A stretch of DNA of 64,000 nt from Burkholderiales bacterium (GTDB taxonomy: Bacteria > Pseudomonadota > Gammaproteobacteria > Burkholderiales > JACQAP01): NCBI GenBank assembly GCA_046155535.1, contig JBJXFN010000131.1, forward strand, positions 6,699 through 70,698, given 5' to 3'. How positions within the stretch are numbered: the first letter of the stretch is position 1; every line of letters begins with the position of its first letter. The position numbers and the translations under genes were made by a program. The notes below the pieces were generated by a model that made no database searches, was not told the DNA's origin, and was given only the letters and a program-made list of their open reading frames with translations. Positions 51,379 through 61,002 of this stretch are shown here, in pieces.

Positions 51379-52221
51379 ATGCGATTGTGTACGGTAGCGA
51401 TAAATGGGGTGGAGCAAGCCGGTGTGGTCACCGCATCCGGCATCGTTGTGGTGGAGGCGATTAACCGGCATTTGGGAAAATCCTGGCCAGTCGGCTTGTA
51501 TGGTCTCCTTCAGCGAGGATTGGACAAGGGCCTGCTTGCGGATGCAGAACGAACACCGACAAGAATTCCGCCGGAAGCACTTCGTTACGGACCCCTGTAC
51601 CGGCATCCGCGCAAGATTCTCGGCATTGGTTTGAACTACCGGGATCACGCGGCAGACCTGAACGTGCCGTTTCCGACGGAGCCAGCGTCTTTCATGAAGT
51701 GCGACAACACCATTATCGGGCCTGGCGAGGTGATCGAATTACCGCCACAGTCGGAGCGTGTCACCGCCGAGGCGGAAATCGGCGTCATCATTGGAAAGAC
51801 CTGCAGAAAGATATCCGAAGCCCAGGTCCGCGCATTCGTCGCCGGATATTGCCTGATCCTGGACATGACAGCGGAAGACATCCTGCAGAAGAATCCGCGG
51901 TTTTTGACCCGGGCAAAAAACTTCGACACGTTTTTTTCCTTCGGACCGGAACTGATGACGCCGGACGAAGTTCCCGATCTGCTGCAGACGAAAGTGGGAA
52001 CCTGGTGCAACGGCAAGCTGCACCGGGAAAACATCGTGGGCAACATGGCATTTCCGCCGGACTACCTGGTGTCCTTCCATTCCCATGTGGCCACACTCTA
52101 TCCTGGCGATATCATCAGTACCGGAACACCGGGAGCTGTGGTGATCCGACATGGCGATGTCGCGGAATGCCGGATTGAGGGCCTGGGGTGTTTGATGAAT
52201 CCGGTGAAGAAAGCCGCCTGA
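51379..52221 (+). CDS. fumarylacetoacetate hydrolase (FAH) family protein
   Basis: 280 aa with ILGIGLNYRDHA, EAEIGVIIGK and ISTGTPGAV motifs typical of FAH-family hydratases, isomerases and decarboxylases. Confidence 0.82.
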   Translation: MRLCTVAINGVEQAGVVTASGIVVVEAINRHLGKSWPVGLYGLLQRGLDKGLLADAERTPTRIPPEALRYGPLYRHPRKILGIGLNYRDHAADLNVPFPTEPASFMKCDNTIIGPGEVIELPPQSERVTAEAEIGVIIGKTCRKISEAQVRAFVAGYCLILDMTAEDILQKNPRFLTRAKNFDTFFSFGPELMTPDEVPDLLQTKVGTWCNGKLHRENIVGNMAFPPDYLVSFHSHVATLYPGDIISTGTPGAVVIRHGDVAECRIEGLGCLMNPVKKAA

Positions 52222-52251
52222 GTAGTGCAGTGTTTTGGGGGAGAGAATTTC

Positions 52252-52275
52252 GCCGCCGCAATGGCGGCTTTTGTT
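52252..52275 (+). terminator. intrinsic terminator after the FAH-family gene
   Basis: Stem gccgcc/ggcggc with loop gcaat, followed by TTTTGTT. Confidence 0.55.
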
Positions 52276-52491
52276 GGCGCCGACTAAAGTGGATCGAGAC
52301 CACCCTGCCTGACTGGCGCAATGGGGATTGAATGCGTCCCGTTGCTGCCTGGCAGTGAAAAAGGCGACAGAGTTTGCCTGCTTGCTGCCAACGCCTTGAT
52401 TCCTTGGCCGAGAGTCAGTCGTCTGCAGGCGACGTACGGCTATCGCCCAGGGCAGATGAAAGCACAGCAGATCTGGGATCTGCACCGGGTC

Positions 52492-52857
52492 TTAAATGAA
52501 TCCGGTGAAAGCAAACTTTATGGCGAAGAACAATCCTAGTCCCAGACAGCCATAGACGAGGTAATCGCCGCGGTTTCCGAACATCGCGACGCTATCGGTG
52601 TATTTCTTGGTCCAGACGCCTGCGACAATCGCCATGACGACCGTTACAACAGTCGCAGAGGGGTGTTGCCGCCAAAGATGGGCGAGCAGGCCGTCCACCC
52701 ATCCGCCTTCGTGCAGTGCCTTGTAGGCGAGACCTGCAAACCCCAGCCACATCAAGGCGAACAAACAAAACAGAAAAAGTGTCTGGATGCCCTCCTGTGC
52801 AAGTTGGAAAACGGACCGAGCGGGTCGCGCAGTCAGATTGGATGTGTCGATGAACAT
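52492..52857 (-). CDS. hypothetical small membrane protein (3-4 predicted TM helices)
   Basis: 121 aa with hydrophobic stretches LFLFCLFALMWLGFAGLA, VVTVVMAIVAGVW and YGCLGLGLFFAIKFAF. No obvious SD and no family recognised. Confidence 0.45.
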   Translation of the reverse strand: MFIDTSNLTARPARSVFQLAQEGIQTLFLFCLFALMWLGFAGLAYKALHEGGWVDGLLAHLWRQHPSATVVTVVMAIVAGVWTKKYTDSVAMFGNRGDYLVYGCLGLGLFFAIKFAFTGFI

Positions 52858-53077
52858 TGGAGGGCCTCATTCGGGAAATGTCGAACCTGAGGCCTCTTTC
52901 GCAAGCGCCGTGCCACGCAAAATTAGCTTACCCGTAACAGGAAGTTAACGATTCCATTCCAGTTCGATCCGGGAACATGCTGGCCAGTCAGGGGAAACCT
53001 GTCGCCGGAAGGCGACCTTGCGGCAAGGAAAGATTAGATTTTCGAGGCGTTTTCGCCGGGAGAAACGGTTGCCGACG

Positions 53078-53455
53078 TCAGCGGCCGAGGCACTCCAGGA
53101 AATTGCATTGGCGTTTACAGTCCGGCAAGAAACCACACTCGAACAAACCGGTCTGCGGCAAGCCGTTGTCGTCGTGACCACAGAATTCCGCGGCTGGCAT
53201 GTTGTTCCGTTTCGGACGCCACTCACAAACATGACAACCGGCGGTCAGACCCGGAAGTTCGAGGGAATCGCGCCTGGACATTTGCGGTGCAGCAGTATTC
53301 GAATCCGGGTCCGCCGAATTCGCCGAGGGGGACAGCAGGGCGGCAGCAAGCAGAGGCAGAAAGAGTCCACGCGTCGAAAACAATGACGATCTCCAAGAAT
53401 ATCTTCTGGTAGGCATGATGCTGTTCGATTCCATTTTGTGAACGGGGGTAATCAC
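53078..53455 (-). CDS. Cys-rich exported small protein (possible Tat signal; HiPIP-like Cys spacing)
   Basis: GTG at 53455 is preceded by a GAGGAAG SD that overlaps the spoT stop. Signal-like N-terminus PTRRYSWRSS...LFLPLLAAALLSPSANSA. The mature part has 7 Cys, the first four spaced C-x2-C-x14-C-x14-C. Confidence 0.55.
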   Translation of the reverse strand: MITPVHKMESNSIMPTRRYSWRSSLFSTRGLFLPLLAAALLSPSANSADPDSNTAAPQMSRRDSLELPGLTAGCHVCEWRPKRNNMPAAEFCGHDDNGLPQTGLFECGFLPDCKRQCNFLECLGR

Positions 53456-53467
53456 CAGAATTCTTCC

Positions 53468-55642
53468 TCAGCCCTTCAATCGCCAGATGCGCAACACCTC
53501 GGATCGATGCCGCAGGCTGCGCAGAATCTGGGCCAGATGGAGGCGATTGTGGACCTGCAGGGTGAAGTGAATCACTGTGTAGGCCGTCGAATCCCCCGGC
53601 TCCATGCTGACGTGGTCGATATTGGATTCGGTTTCAGCGATGGTCGCGGCGATTTTGGCCAGAACGCCGCGTTCGTTGGTGGCCACCATCTTGATATTGA
53701 CCGAGAAAAGCTTCTTGGTGTCCGGCGCCCATTCAACATCCAGCCACTTCTCCGGATCGTGGCGGGTCTTGCGTGCCACGGTGCAGTCGTGCGTGTGGAT
53801 GACCAGGCCATGACCTTTGCGCAGGAATCCAATGATGGGGTCGCCAGGGATGGGGCGGCAGCATTTCGCGAATTGCAGTGCCATGCCTTCCGAGCCGCGT
53901 ATGACCAGACTGCCGGGAAGTTTTTCTGGATGTGCGCCCTTGGGTTCGGCGATGGAGAGCAATTGGCGCGCGACGACAATTGCCAGTTGTTTGCCTAGGC
54001 CGATGTCAGCGAGTACCTCCACGTGAGATTTGGCGCCGGTTTCTTTCGCCAGTTTATCCCACTGCGCTTCGCCAATGCGCTCCGGACTGGATCCCAATGC
54101 GACCAGGGCCTGATGGAGCAGTCTTTCCCCCAGTTGTGAGGACTCCTCCCACTGCATGGTTTTGAGGAAATGGCGTATGTGCGAGCGGGCCTTGCCGGTG
54201 GTGACATAGGTGAGCCAGGCGGGATTGGGTTTTGCGTTGGCCGCCGTCAGGATTTCGACCCGGTCCCCGTTGTGCAGTTCACTGCGCAGCTGCACGAGTT
54301 CATTGTTGATCTTGGCCGCGATACACCGGTTGCCGATATCCGTATGGACGGCGTACGCAAAATCGATGCAGGTTGCCCCATGAGGCAGGGCCATGATTCT
54401 TCCCTTGGGGGTGAAGACGTATACGGAATCGGGAAACAGATCGACTTTCAGGTGCTCCAGAAACTCGATCGAGTCCCCTGAATCGGACTGCATTTCCAGC
54501 AGGCTTTGCAACCATTGGTGAGTTTTTGCATGCAAGTCATTGAGCGTGTCGTTTTCTTTGTACAGCCAGTGAGAGGCAACGCCTGCCTCCGCGATCTTGT
54601 GCATTTCCTGGGTGCGAATCTGCACTTCGATGGGGGTGCCGAATGGCCCGAACAGGGTGGTATGCACCGACTGATAACCATTTGCTTTTTGAATGGCGAT
54701 GTAGTCCTTGAACTTTCCGGGAATGGGTTTGTAGAGTTGATGCAGCGCGCCGAGTGACAGGTAACAGGAGGGGGCATCGCGGACAATGACGCGAAAACCG
54801 TATATGTCGAACACTTCCGCAAAGGACAGGTTTTTCTCCTGCATTTTCTTGTAAATGCTGTAGAGATTTTTTTCCCGGCCCGAAACTGTTGCCTCGATAT
54901 GGTTTTCGGCCAGTTTGTGCTTGATCGCATCGAGGATCTTGTCGACCACCTCCCGGCGGTTCCCGCGCGCCCGCAGCAACGCCTTGGACAAGACCTGGTA
55001 GCGATTCGGATACAGATGCCGGAACGATAGCTCCTGGAGTTCCTGAAAGAGCTGATTGAGTCCCAGCCGGTTGGCGATGGGGGCGAAAATCTCCAGGGTT
55101 TCGCGGGCGATGCGCGCGCGTTTTTTCGGCTGCATGACCTCCAGCGTGCGCATATTGTGCAGCCGGTCGGCCAACTTGATCAGTATCACACGAACGTCGC
55201 GGGCCATCGCCAGCAGCATCTTGCGGAAGTTTTCCGCCTGCGCCTGCTCGTGGGTCTGAAATTCGATGCGGTCGATTTTCGAGACGCCATCGACAAGATC
55301 GGCGACCTGTTTGCCGAATTCGTCGCTGATTTCCAGCTTGGTGACGGCGGTGTCTTCCATCACGTCGTGCAGGAGCGCAGCGGTCAACGCCTGACCGTCC
55401 AGATGCCATTGGACAAGGATCTGGGCGACCGCGATGGGGTGGGAAATGTAAGGATCGCCGGAATGGCGGAACTGCCCGTGATGGGCCAATTCGCTGAATT
55501 GATACGCGCGCTTCAGTTGCCCGACATCCTCCGGTTTGAGGTAGCAGGCTGCGTCCTGGAAAAGAACTTCGGCTTCGGACATCGCCGGTGCGGGGATTTC
55601 AGCCGGCTGTCGCTGCAACATCCCGATGTCCCCGAAGAACAC
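53468..55642 (-). CDS. spoT: bifunctional (p)ppGpp synthetase/hydrolase SpoT
   Basis: HD domain (HDVMEDT), RelA/SpoT synthetase domain, TGS and ACT-like C-terminus. Follows rpoZ. The start is uncertain: GTG 55642, ATG 55621 or ATG 55582. Confidence 0.92.
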   Translation of the reverse strand: MFFGDIGMLQRQPAEIPAPAMSEAEVLFQDAACYLKPEDVGQLKRAYQFSELAHHGQFRHSGDPYISHPIAVAQILVQWHLDGQALTAALLHDVMEDTAVTKLEISDEFGKQVADLVDGVSKIDRIEFQTHEQAQAENFRKMLLAMARDVRVILIKLADRLHNMRTLEVMQPKKRARIARETLEIFAPIANRLGLNQLFQELQELSFRHLYPNRYQVLSKALLRARGNRREVVDKILDAIKHKLAENHIEATVSGREKNLYSIYKKMQEKNLSFAEVFDIYGFRVIVRDAPSCYLSLGALHQLYKPIPGKFKDYIAIQKANGYQSVHTTLFGPFGTPIEVQIRTQEMHKIAEAGVASHWLYKENDTLNDLHAKTHQWLQSLLEMQSDSGDSIEFLEHLKVDLFPDSVYVFTPKGRIMALPHGATCIDFAYAVHTDIGNRCIAAKINNELVQLRSELHNGDRVEILTAANAKPNPAWLTYVTTGKARSHIRHFLKTMQWEESSQLGERLLHQALVALGSSPERIGEAQWDKLAKETGAKSHVEVLADIGLGKQLAIVVARQLLSIAEPKGAHPEKLPGSLVIRGSEGMALQFAKCCRPIPGDPIIGFLRKGHGLVIHTHDCTVARKTRHDPEKWLDVEWAPDTKKLFSVNIKMVATNERGVLAKIAATIAETESNIDHVSMEPGDSTAYTVIHFTLQVHNRLHLAQILRSLRHRSEVLRIWRLKG

Positions 55643-55689
55643 GCAGGGCGCGCCAACCCCCGGCAGCTGTGGTTCGGCGCCGTACCGCG

Positions 55690-55893
55690 TCAGGGCTTGG
55701 TCTTGAGGATATCGGCACCAATTTTCTGGGCGGCAATTTCCCGCAGGGCGATGACGGTTGGCTTGTCCTTGTTGGTTTCGAGCGTAGCCGTTGCACCCGT
55801 GGCGATTTGCCGGGCGCGGTAGGTGGCGGCCAGCGTGAGCTCAAAACGATTCGGGATGTGCTTCAGACAATCCTCAACAGTAATTCTAGCCAT
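55690..55893 (-). CDS. rpoZ: DNA-directed RNA polymerase subunit omega
   Basis: ATG at 55893. [29 protein letters not shown]. 67 aa. Overlaps the gmk stop by 8 nt. Confidence 0.93.
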   Translation of the reverse strand: MARITVEDCLKHIPNRFELTLAATYRARQIATGATATLETNKDKPTVIALREIAAQKIGADILKTKP

Positions 55894-56509
55894 TTGCCGC
55901 CTGATTAAGTTTGTTGACCAATTCACGATGCCGCTGGAGCTGAGTGGCTGTCCGCAATCGTGCTGCGCAGACAATGCTCGTCAACTCGTTGGCCGATTTG
56001 GAGAAATCTTTGTTGATCATAACATAGTCGAACTCCGCCACATGGGCGATTTCCGCCCTGGCGCCGCGGATTCTTGCCTCGATGGTCGCCTGGCTGTCCT
56101 GGCCGCGGGCGGTCAGGCGCGATTTGAGCTCGTCAAAGGAAGGCGGCAGGATGAAAATACCGATGACGTCCGGAATCAGCCGACGGACCTGCTGGGCTCC
56201 CTGCCAGTCGATCTCGAGCAAAATGTCTCGCTCCGCGTCGCGCTGCTGCCGGATCCAGGCATGCGAGGTTGCGTAGGAGTTTCCGTGTACCAGCGCGCTT
56301 TCGAGGAATTCGCCGCGTTCCAGCATGGCGTTGAAATCCGCGGGAGAAACGAAGTGATAGTCAATCCCTTCCCGTTCTCCCGGGCGTGCCTTGCGCGTGG
56401 TGTAGGACACGGACAATTGCACCAGCGGGTCGCGACGCAGCAGTTCGCGGACCAGAGAAGTTTTCCCGGCCCCGGATGGCGCACAAACAATAAAAACGTT
56501 GCCGCTCAT
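55886..56509 (-). CDS. gmk: guanylate kinase
   Basis: P-loop [10 protein letters not shown], 207 aa, ATGA overlap with the yicC-like gene. Confidence 0.93.
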   Translation of the reverse strand: MSGNVFIVCAPSGAGKTSLVRELLRRDPLVQLSVSYTTRKARPGEREGIDYHFVSPADFNAMLERGEFLESALVHGNSYATSHAWIRQQRDAERDILLEIDWQGAQQVRRLIPDVIGIFILPPSFDELKSRLTARGQDSQATIEARIRGARAEIAHVAEFDYVMINKDFSKSANELTSIVCAARLRTATQLQRHRELVNKLNQAANG

Positions 56510-57372
56510 TCGATGTTCTGAATTTGTTCGCGCATTTGCTCAATGAATACTTTCAGATCCATCGAAGTCTGCGAGACTTCCGGATCCACGGCTTTGGAGC
56601 CCAGGGTATTGGCCTCCCTGTTGAGCTCTTGCATCAGAAAATCGAGCCGTTTGCCGACGGCGCCGCCCTTGTCCAGAATTCGCCGGATTTCCACGAAATG
56701 CGCACTCAATCTGGATAGTTCTTCGTCAATGTCGATCTTGGAGGCGAACAACACCAGTTCCTGCTTCAATCGCTCGTCTTCCATGTTGACCATGGCTTCG
56801 CGAAGGCGGTTGTTTAGTTTCTCCCGGTAGACATTCACCAGCAGCGGAATGCGCGGTGTGATTTTTTTTACCAATGCTTCCGCGGCAACGATCCGCTCGA
56901 TCAGCAACGCCCGAAGCTTGTTGCCTTCGCGCGCGCGGGTGGCCTGAAAGTCTTCGAGGACGCGATCCAGAAGTTGCAGGAAGGCTTCCTGCAGGGATTC
57001 CAGATGCAGCGTGTCGCCGCCGAGCATTCCAGGCCAGCGCAGGACATCCCCGACCCCCAGACTTTCCCCATCCGGGAGGATAGCGCGCACCTGTTTGTCC
57101 AGTTCCGCCAGACGCGACAACAGACCGGCATCCAGTTGCAGTTGGGATTGTGAGGCAGCATTCTTGAAAACGCCCAGCCGCACTTCCACCTTGCCCCGGC
57201 CGATCCGGGCGCTGAGTTTTTCGCGGAACGCGGCTTCCAGCGCGCGCAGTTCGTCGGGCATGCGAAATTGAATGTCCAGATAACGGTGATTGACCGCGCG
57301 CAACTCGAGGTTAAGCGCACCGGCAGGCAATTCGGCGGCGGCCACTGCGTAACCGGTCATGCTGAAAATCAT
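56506..57372 (-). CDS. YicC-family stress-induced protein
   Basis: 288 aa. N-terminus [14 protein letters not shown] and C-terminal [11 protein letters not shown] are typical of YicC. Divergent from rph, as in E. coli. Confidence 0.88.
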   Translation of the reverse strand: MIFSMTGYAVAAAELPAGALNLELRAVNHRYLDIQFRMPDELRALEAAFREKLSARIGRGKVEVRLGVFKNAASQSQLQLDAGLLSRLAELDKQVRAILPDGESLGVGDVLRWPGMLGGDTLHLESLQEAFLQLLDRVLEDFQATRAREGNKLRALLIERIVAAEALVKKITPRIPLLVNVYREKLNNRLREAMVNMEDERLKQELVLFASKIDIDEELSRLSAHFVEIRRILDKGGAVGKRLDFLMQELNREANTLGSKAVDPEVSQTSMDLKVFIEQMREQIQNIE

Positions 57373-57532
57373 CGGGGTAGGATTACTTTACAAGGGAAAC
57401 GGAGTTGACCAGAATTGGGCACGGCGAAAGATAACATACAAGTTTCGCGCCGTAACGCGCCGGCAGGTCTCCATTGTGACCCCTTCACGCAGCCTGGCCA
57501 GCCGCGCCTTCACCTTGCTCCGGAGAGTTTCC

Positions 57533-58255
57533 ATGCGTTCCAGCGGCCGTGCGGCAGATCAACCCAGAGTCCTCAGCATTACGCGCCGTTACACCCGCCA
57601 CGCCGATGGTTCCGTGCTGATCGCCTGTGGCGATACCAAAGTGATCTGCACCGCCAGCGTTGAAGACAAGGTGCCACCCTTCCTGAAAGGTAAGGGACAA
57701 GGATGGCTGACCGCCGAATACGGCATGTTGCCAGGATCGACACATACGCGCATCGACCGGGAAGCGGCACGTGGCAAACAATCCGGTCGCACGCAGGAAA
57801 TTCAGCGTTTGATTGGCCGCAGCCTGCGCGCGGTGGTGAATCTGGAAGCATTCGGAGAACGGACCGTGCAGATCGATTGTGATGTCATCCAGGCCGATGG
57901 CGGTACCCGGACCGCCGCGATTACCGGCGCGTTTGTAGCGTTGCACGATGCTGTCACCGGACTACAAAATCGTCAGTTGTGCCGATCCTGGCCGATCCGG
58001 GACTTCGTTGCTGCGGTCTCGGTTGGGATGGTCAAGGGTGTCCCGATGCTGGATCTGGATTATGCAGAGGATTCCGCCTGCGACACCGATATGAATGTCG
58101 TGATGACGGAATCCGGATCGTTGGTGGAAGTGCAAGGCACGGCCGAGGGCGCGCCCTTTTCCCGCCAGGATATGGATGAGATGCTTTCGCTGGCGCAACA
58201 AGGCATTGCCGGGTTGATCGCCGCCCAACGCGCGGCACTGGAACGCGAGTACTGA
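57533..58255 (+). CDS. rph: ribonuclease PH
   Basis: ATG at 57533. [10 protein letters not shown]...R, GSVLI..GDTKV and ADGGTRTA motifs. 240 aa. Confidence 0.93.
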   Translation: MRSSGRAADQPRVLSITRRYTRHADGSVLIACGDTKVICTASVEDKVPPFLKGKGQGWLTAEYGMLPGSTHTRIDREAARGKQSGRTQEIQRLIGRSLRAVVNLEAFGERTVQIDCDVIQADGGTRTAAITGAFVALHDAVTGLQNRQLCRSWPIRDFVAAVSVGMVKGVPMLDLDYAEDSACDTDMNVVMTESGSLVEVQGTAEGAPFSRQDMDEMLSLAQQGIAGLIAAQRAALEREY

Positions 58256-58278
58256 AAGGGTTGGCGGCAGGTCCCGAG

Positions 58279-58878
58279 ATGGCTCCGAAGCTGGAAAAAC
58301 TCGTCATTGCCAGTGGCAACCCCGGCAAGGTGGTGGAAATCGAACAGATGCTGGCGCCGCTTTGCATTGAAGTCCTGCCGCAACGGTCTCTGAAGATTTC
58401 CGAAGCGGAAGAACCCTTTAAAACGTTTGTGGAAAACGCGCTGGCCAAGGCGCGCCATGCGTCCTTTGCCTCCGGACTGCCGGCGCTGGCCGATGACTCG
58501 GGAATCTGTGTGGAAGCGATGGGCGGGGCGCCCGGCGTATTTTCCGCGCGGTTTGCCGGTGCGCCCGGTTCCGACGCGAGGAACAATGCGCGACTGCTCG
58601 AGCTGCTGGAAAACAGCGAAAATCGCAGGGCGCACTACGTCTGCCTGATGGTATTGGTCCGTTCCCCCGACGATCCACAGCCCTTGATCGCAGAAGGCCT
58701 GTGGCATGGCGAAATTCTGCGCCAGCCGCGCGGCAATCAGGGCTTCGGATACGATCCGCTGTTTCTGGATCCCGCCCTTGGCAGAACCGGCGCCGAGCTC
58801 GATCCCGCGCAAAAAAACCGGGTCAGTCACCGGGGCAAGGCGATGGCTGCGTTGCTCGCTCGTCTCCGCGAATTCTGA
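58279..58878 (+). CDS. rdgB: RdgB/HAM1-family non-canonical purine NTP pyrophosphatase
   Basis: ASGNPGKV, FGYDPLF and SHRG motifs. Start taken at ATG 58279. Confidence 0.9.
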   Translation: MAPKLEKLVIASGNPGKVVEIEQMLAPLCIEVLPQRSLKISEAEEPFKTFVENALAKARHASFASGLPALADDSGICVEAMGGAPGVFSARFAGAPGSDARNNARLLELLENSENRRAHYVCLMVLVRSPDDPQPLIAEGLWHGEILRQPRGNQGFGYDPLFLDPALGRTGAELDPAQKNRVSHRGKAMAALLARLREF

Positions 58879-58879
58879 T

Positions 58880-59704
58880 TCAATCGGCGCTTTCGGGCAG
58901 GGACGCAACAACGACGTTGGTTTCGCCCAATCGGATCAGCAGTTGTTCGAGGCTGGTAACCGATCCGCTGGCGTGAAAGAGCCGTCCTCCAATGCCCTGG
59001 CTGCGCAGCAGGCCCCGCATGGCGAGCTGGCGCCCGAGTTCGCGCGCAACCGCTTCGCCATTTTCGATCACGGTCACACCGGGCCCGGCGATTTCCCGGA
59101 CCGACCGGAGCAGCAAGGGATAGTGGGTACACCCCAGAACAATGGTATCGGCACCCTCGGCAAGCAAGGGTTTGACAAATCCGCCGAGCATATCCAAGGT
59201 TCGTGCGCTGTCCAATTCACCCCGCTCGATGTGTTCGGCAAGACCCGCACATGCCTGGGTCACCATCCGTATGCCTGGTCCAAAGCGGCGCAGCAGGTCG
59301 CCGAACCTCTCGCTGCCCAGCAGCGCTGGTGTCGCCAGCACGCCGACAACGCCGTTTCGGGTGGCCGCGATGGCTGGCTTGATTGCGGGTTCGACGCCGA
59401 CAAATGGCAGGGCAAACTCCTTGCGCAACCGGTTGATGGCGAGCGCGGTCGCGGTGTTGCAAGCGACCACAATGGCCTTTGCCCCTTGGGAGACCAGAAA
59501 CTTTGTAATCCAGACTGCGCGATGCTCCACGGCCTGGCCGGATTTCCCGCCGTAGGGAAGGTGGGCGGTGTCGGCCACGTACAGCAGGTTTTCTCGCGGC
59601 AGCGCCTCGGCAATGGCGCGCAAGATAGTGAGTCCTCCGACACCCGAATCGAAGATCCCGATCGGATGGCTGCTGTGCTCGTGTTGCGGCGGCGTGCTGG
59701 TCAT
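58880..59704 (-). CDS. murI: glutamate racemase
   Basis: IGIFDSGVGGLT and VVACNTA (catalytic Cys), and GCTHYP (second catalytic Cys). Start taken at ATG 59704. Confidence 0.9.
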   Translation of the reverse strand: MTSTPPQHEHSSHPIGIFDSGVGGLTILRAIAEALPRENLLYVADTAHLPYGGKSGQAVEHRAVWITKFLVSQGAKAIVVACNTATALAINRLRKEFALPFVGVEPAIKPAIAATRNGVVGVLATPALLGSERFGDLLRRFGPGIRMVTQACAGLAEHIERGELDSARTLDMLGGFVKPLLAEGADTIVLGCTHYPLLLRSVREIAGPGVTVIENGEAVARELGRQLAMRGLLRSQGIGGRLFHASGSVTSLEQLLIRLGETNVVVASLPESAD

Positions 59705-59818
59705 ATTTATGGAGGATTCCTTCCGGGCCGGTATGCGGGCATGAACCCGAAGCGGCATGAAGGATGAAAAAGTCTATAGTAAGCGCGCCCCTCCCGACAC
59801 CGTCAGGTCTGACATCCC

Positions 59819-60997
59819 ATGCTGCTTTCCACGCCGGTTCCCCCGGATCGAATCGCCTTCCAGGTGCTGCCCCCCCTTTCCCTTTATGTGCACATTCCCT
59901 GGTGTGTGCGTAAGTGCCCTTATTGCGACTTCAATTCGCATGCGTCCAGAGGCCCGTTACCGGAAGCGGAATATGTCGCTGCGCTGGTCACCGACCTGGA
60001 ATCGGCCTTGCCGGGAATCTGGGGACGGCAGGTCAAAACCGTATTTCTCGGGGGGGGCACGCCATCCCTGTTGTCCGGTGCTGCCGTGAACGATCTCCTG
60101 GCGGCGATTCGTGCGAGGGTCGCTCTGACGCCGGATGCCGAAATTACCCTGGAGGCCAATCCGGGCACCTTCGAAGCGCAAAAATTCGCTGACTTCCGCG
60201 CGGCAGGCGTCAACCGCCTTTCTATCGGCATCCAGAGTTTTGAGGACCAGCATCTGCGGGCCCTTGGCCGCGTGCACGATGCCGCGCAGGCCAGGAAAGC
60301 GATCGAAATTGCCCTGGCGAATTTCGACAACATCAATCTTGACCTGATGTACGGATTGCCTGGACAGACGCTGGAACAGGCTTTGGCGGACATCGATGCG
60401 GCGCTGGCTTACGCGCCCAGCCATGTATCGGCCTACCATCTGACCATTGAGCCGAACACGGCTTTTTACCGCGCGCCGCCGACCCTGCCGGCCGATGATC
60501 TGGCTGCTGACATGCAACAGGCCATTGAAGTCCGATTGGGTGATGCCGGCTATCTTCACTACGAAACTTCGGCGTTCGCCCGTCCGGGGCGCCAGTCGCG
60601 CCACAACCTGAATTACTGGACCTTCGGCGATTACCTTGGTATCGGCGCGGGTGCCCACGGAAAACTTTCCTATTCCGACCGCGTGGTGCGCCAGATGCGT
60701 CGCAAGCACCCGCGTCAATACCTGGACGCGGCGGCGGAACAGGGGTTTGTACAGGAAGAAAAATCAGTGCCAGCAGCGGAACTGCCTTTCGAATTCATGA
60801 TGAATGCATTGCGACTGATTGACGGTGTGGAACTGCAGCTGTTCGAAGAACGCACCTCGATGTCGTTGTTAAGGGTGCAAAAGAAACTGGCATCGGCGGA
60901 GGCAAGCGGCCTGCTGGAACGCGATCATCGGCGCCTGCGGCCGACGCTGCGCGGGCAGCGATTCCTCAATGACCTGTTACAGCATTTCCTGGACTGA
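59819..60997 (+). CDS. hemW: radical SAM family heme chaperone HemW
   Basis: LYVHIPWCVRKCPYCDF radical-SAM CxxxCxxC motif. 392 aa of HemN-like fold. Confidence 0.9.
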   Translation: MLLSTPVPPDRIAFQVLPPLSLYVHIPWCVRKCPYCDFNSHASRGPLPEAEYVAALVTDLESALPGIWGRQVKTVFLGGGTPSLLSGAAVNDLLAAIRARVALTPDAEITLEANPGTFEAQKFADFRAAGVNRLSIGIQSFEDQHLRALGRVHDAAQARKAIEIALANFDNINLDLMYGLPGQTLEQALADIDAALAYAPSHVSAYHLTIEPNTAFYRAPPTLPADDLAADMQQAIEVRLGDAGYLHYETSAFARPGRQSRHNLNYWTFGDYLGIGAGAHGKLSYSDRVVRQMRRKHPRQYLDAAAEQGFVQEEKSVPAAELPFEFMMNALRLIDGVELQLFEERTSMSLLRVQKKLASAEASGLLERDHRRLRPTLRGQRFLNDLLQHFLD

Positions 60998-61002
60998 GGG
61001 CG

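Noticed and set aside
52321-52539. 72-aa plus-strand ORF in the convergent gap after the FAH-family gene.
   Set aside because: It has no SD, lies downstream of a terminator, runs into the 3' end of the opposite-strand membrane gene, and has no recognisable motif.
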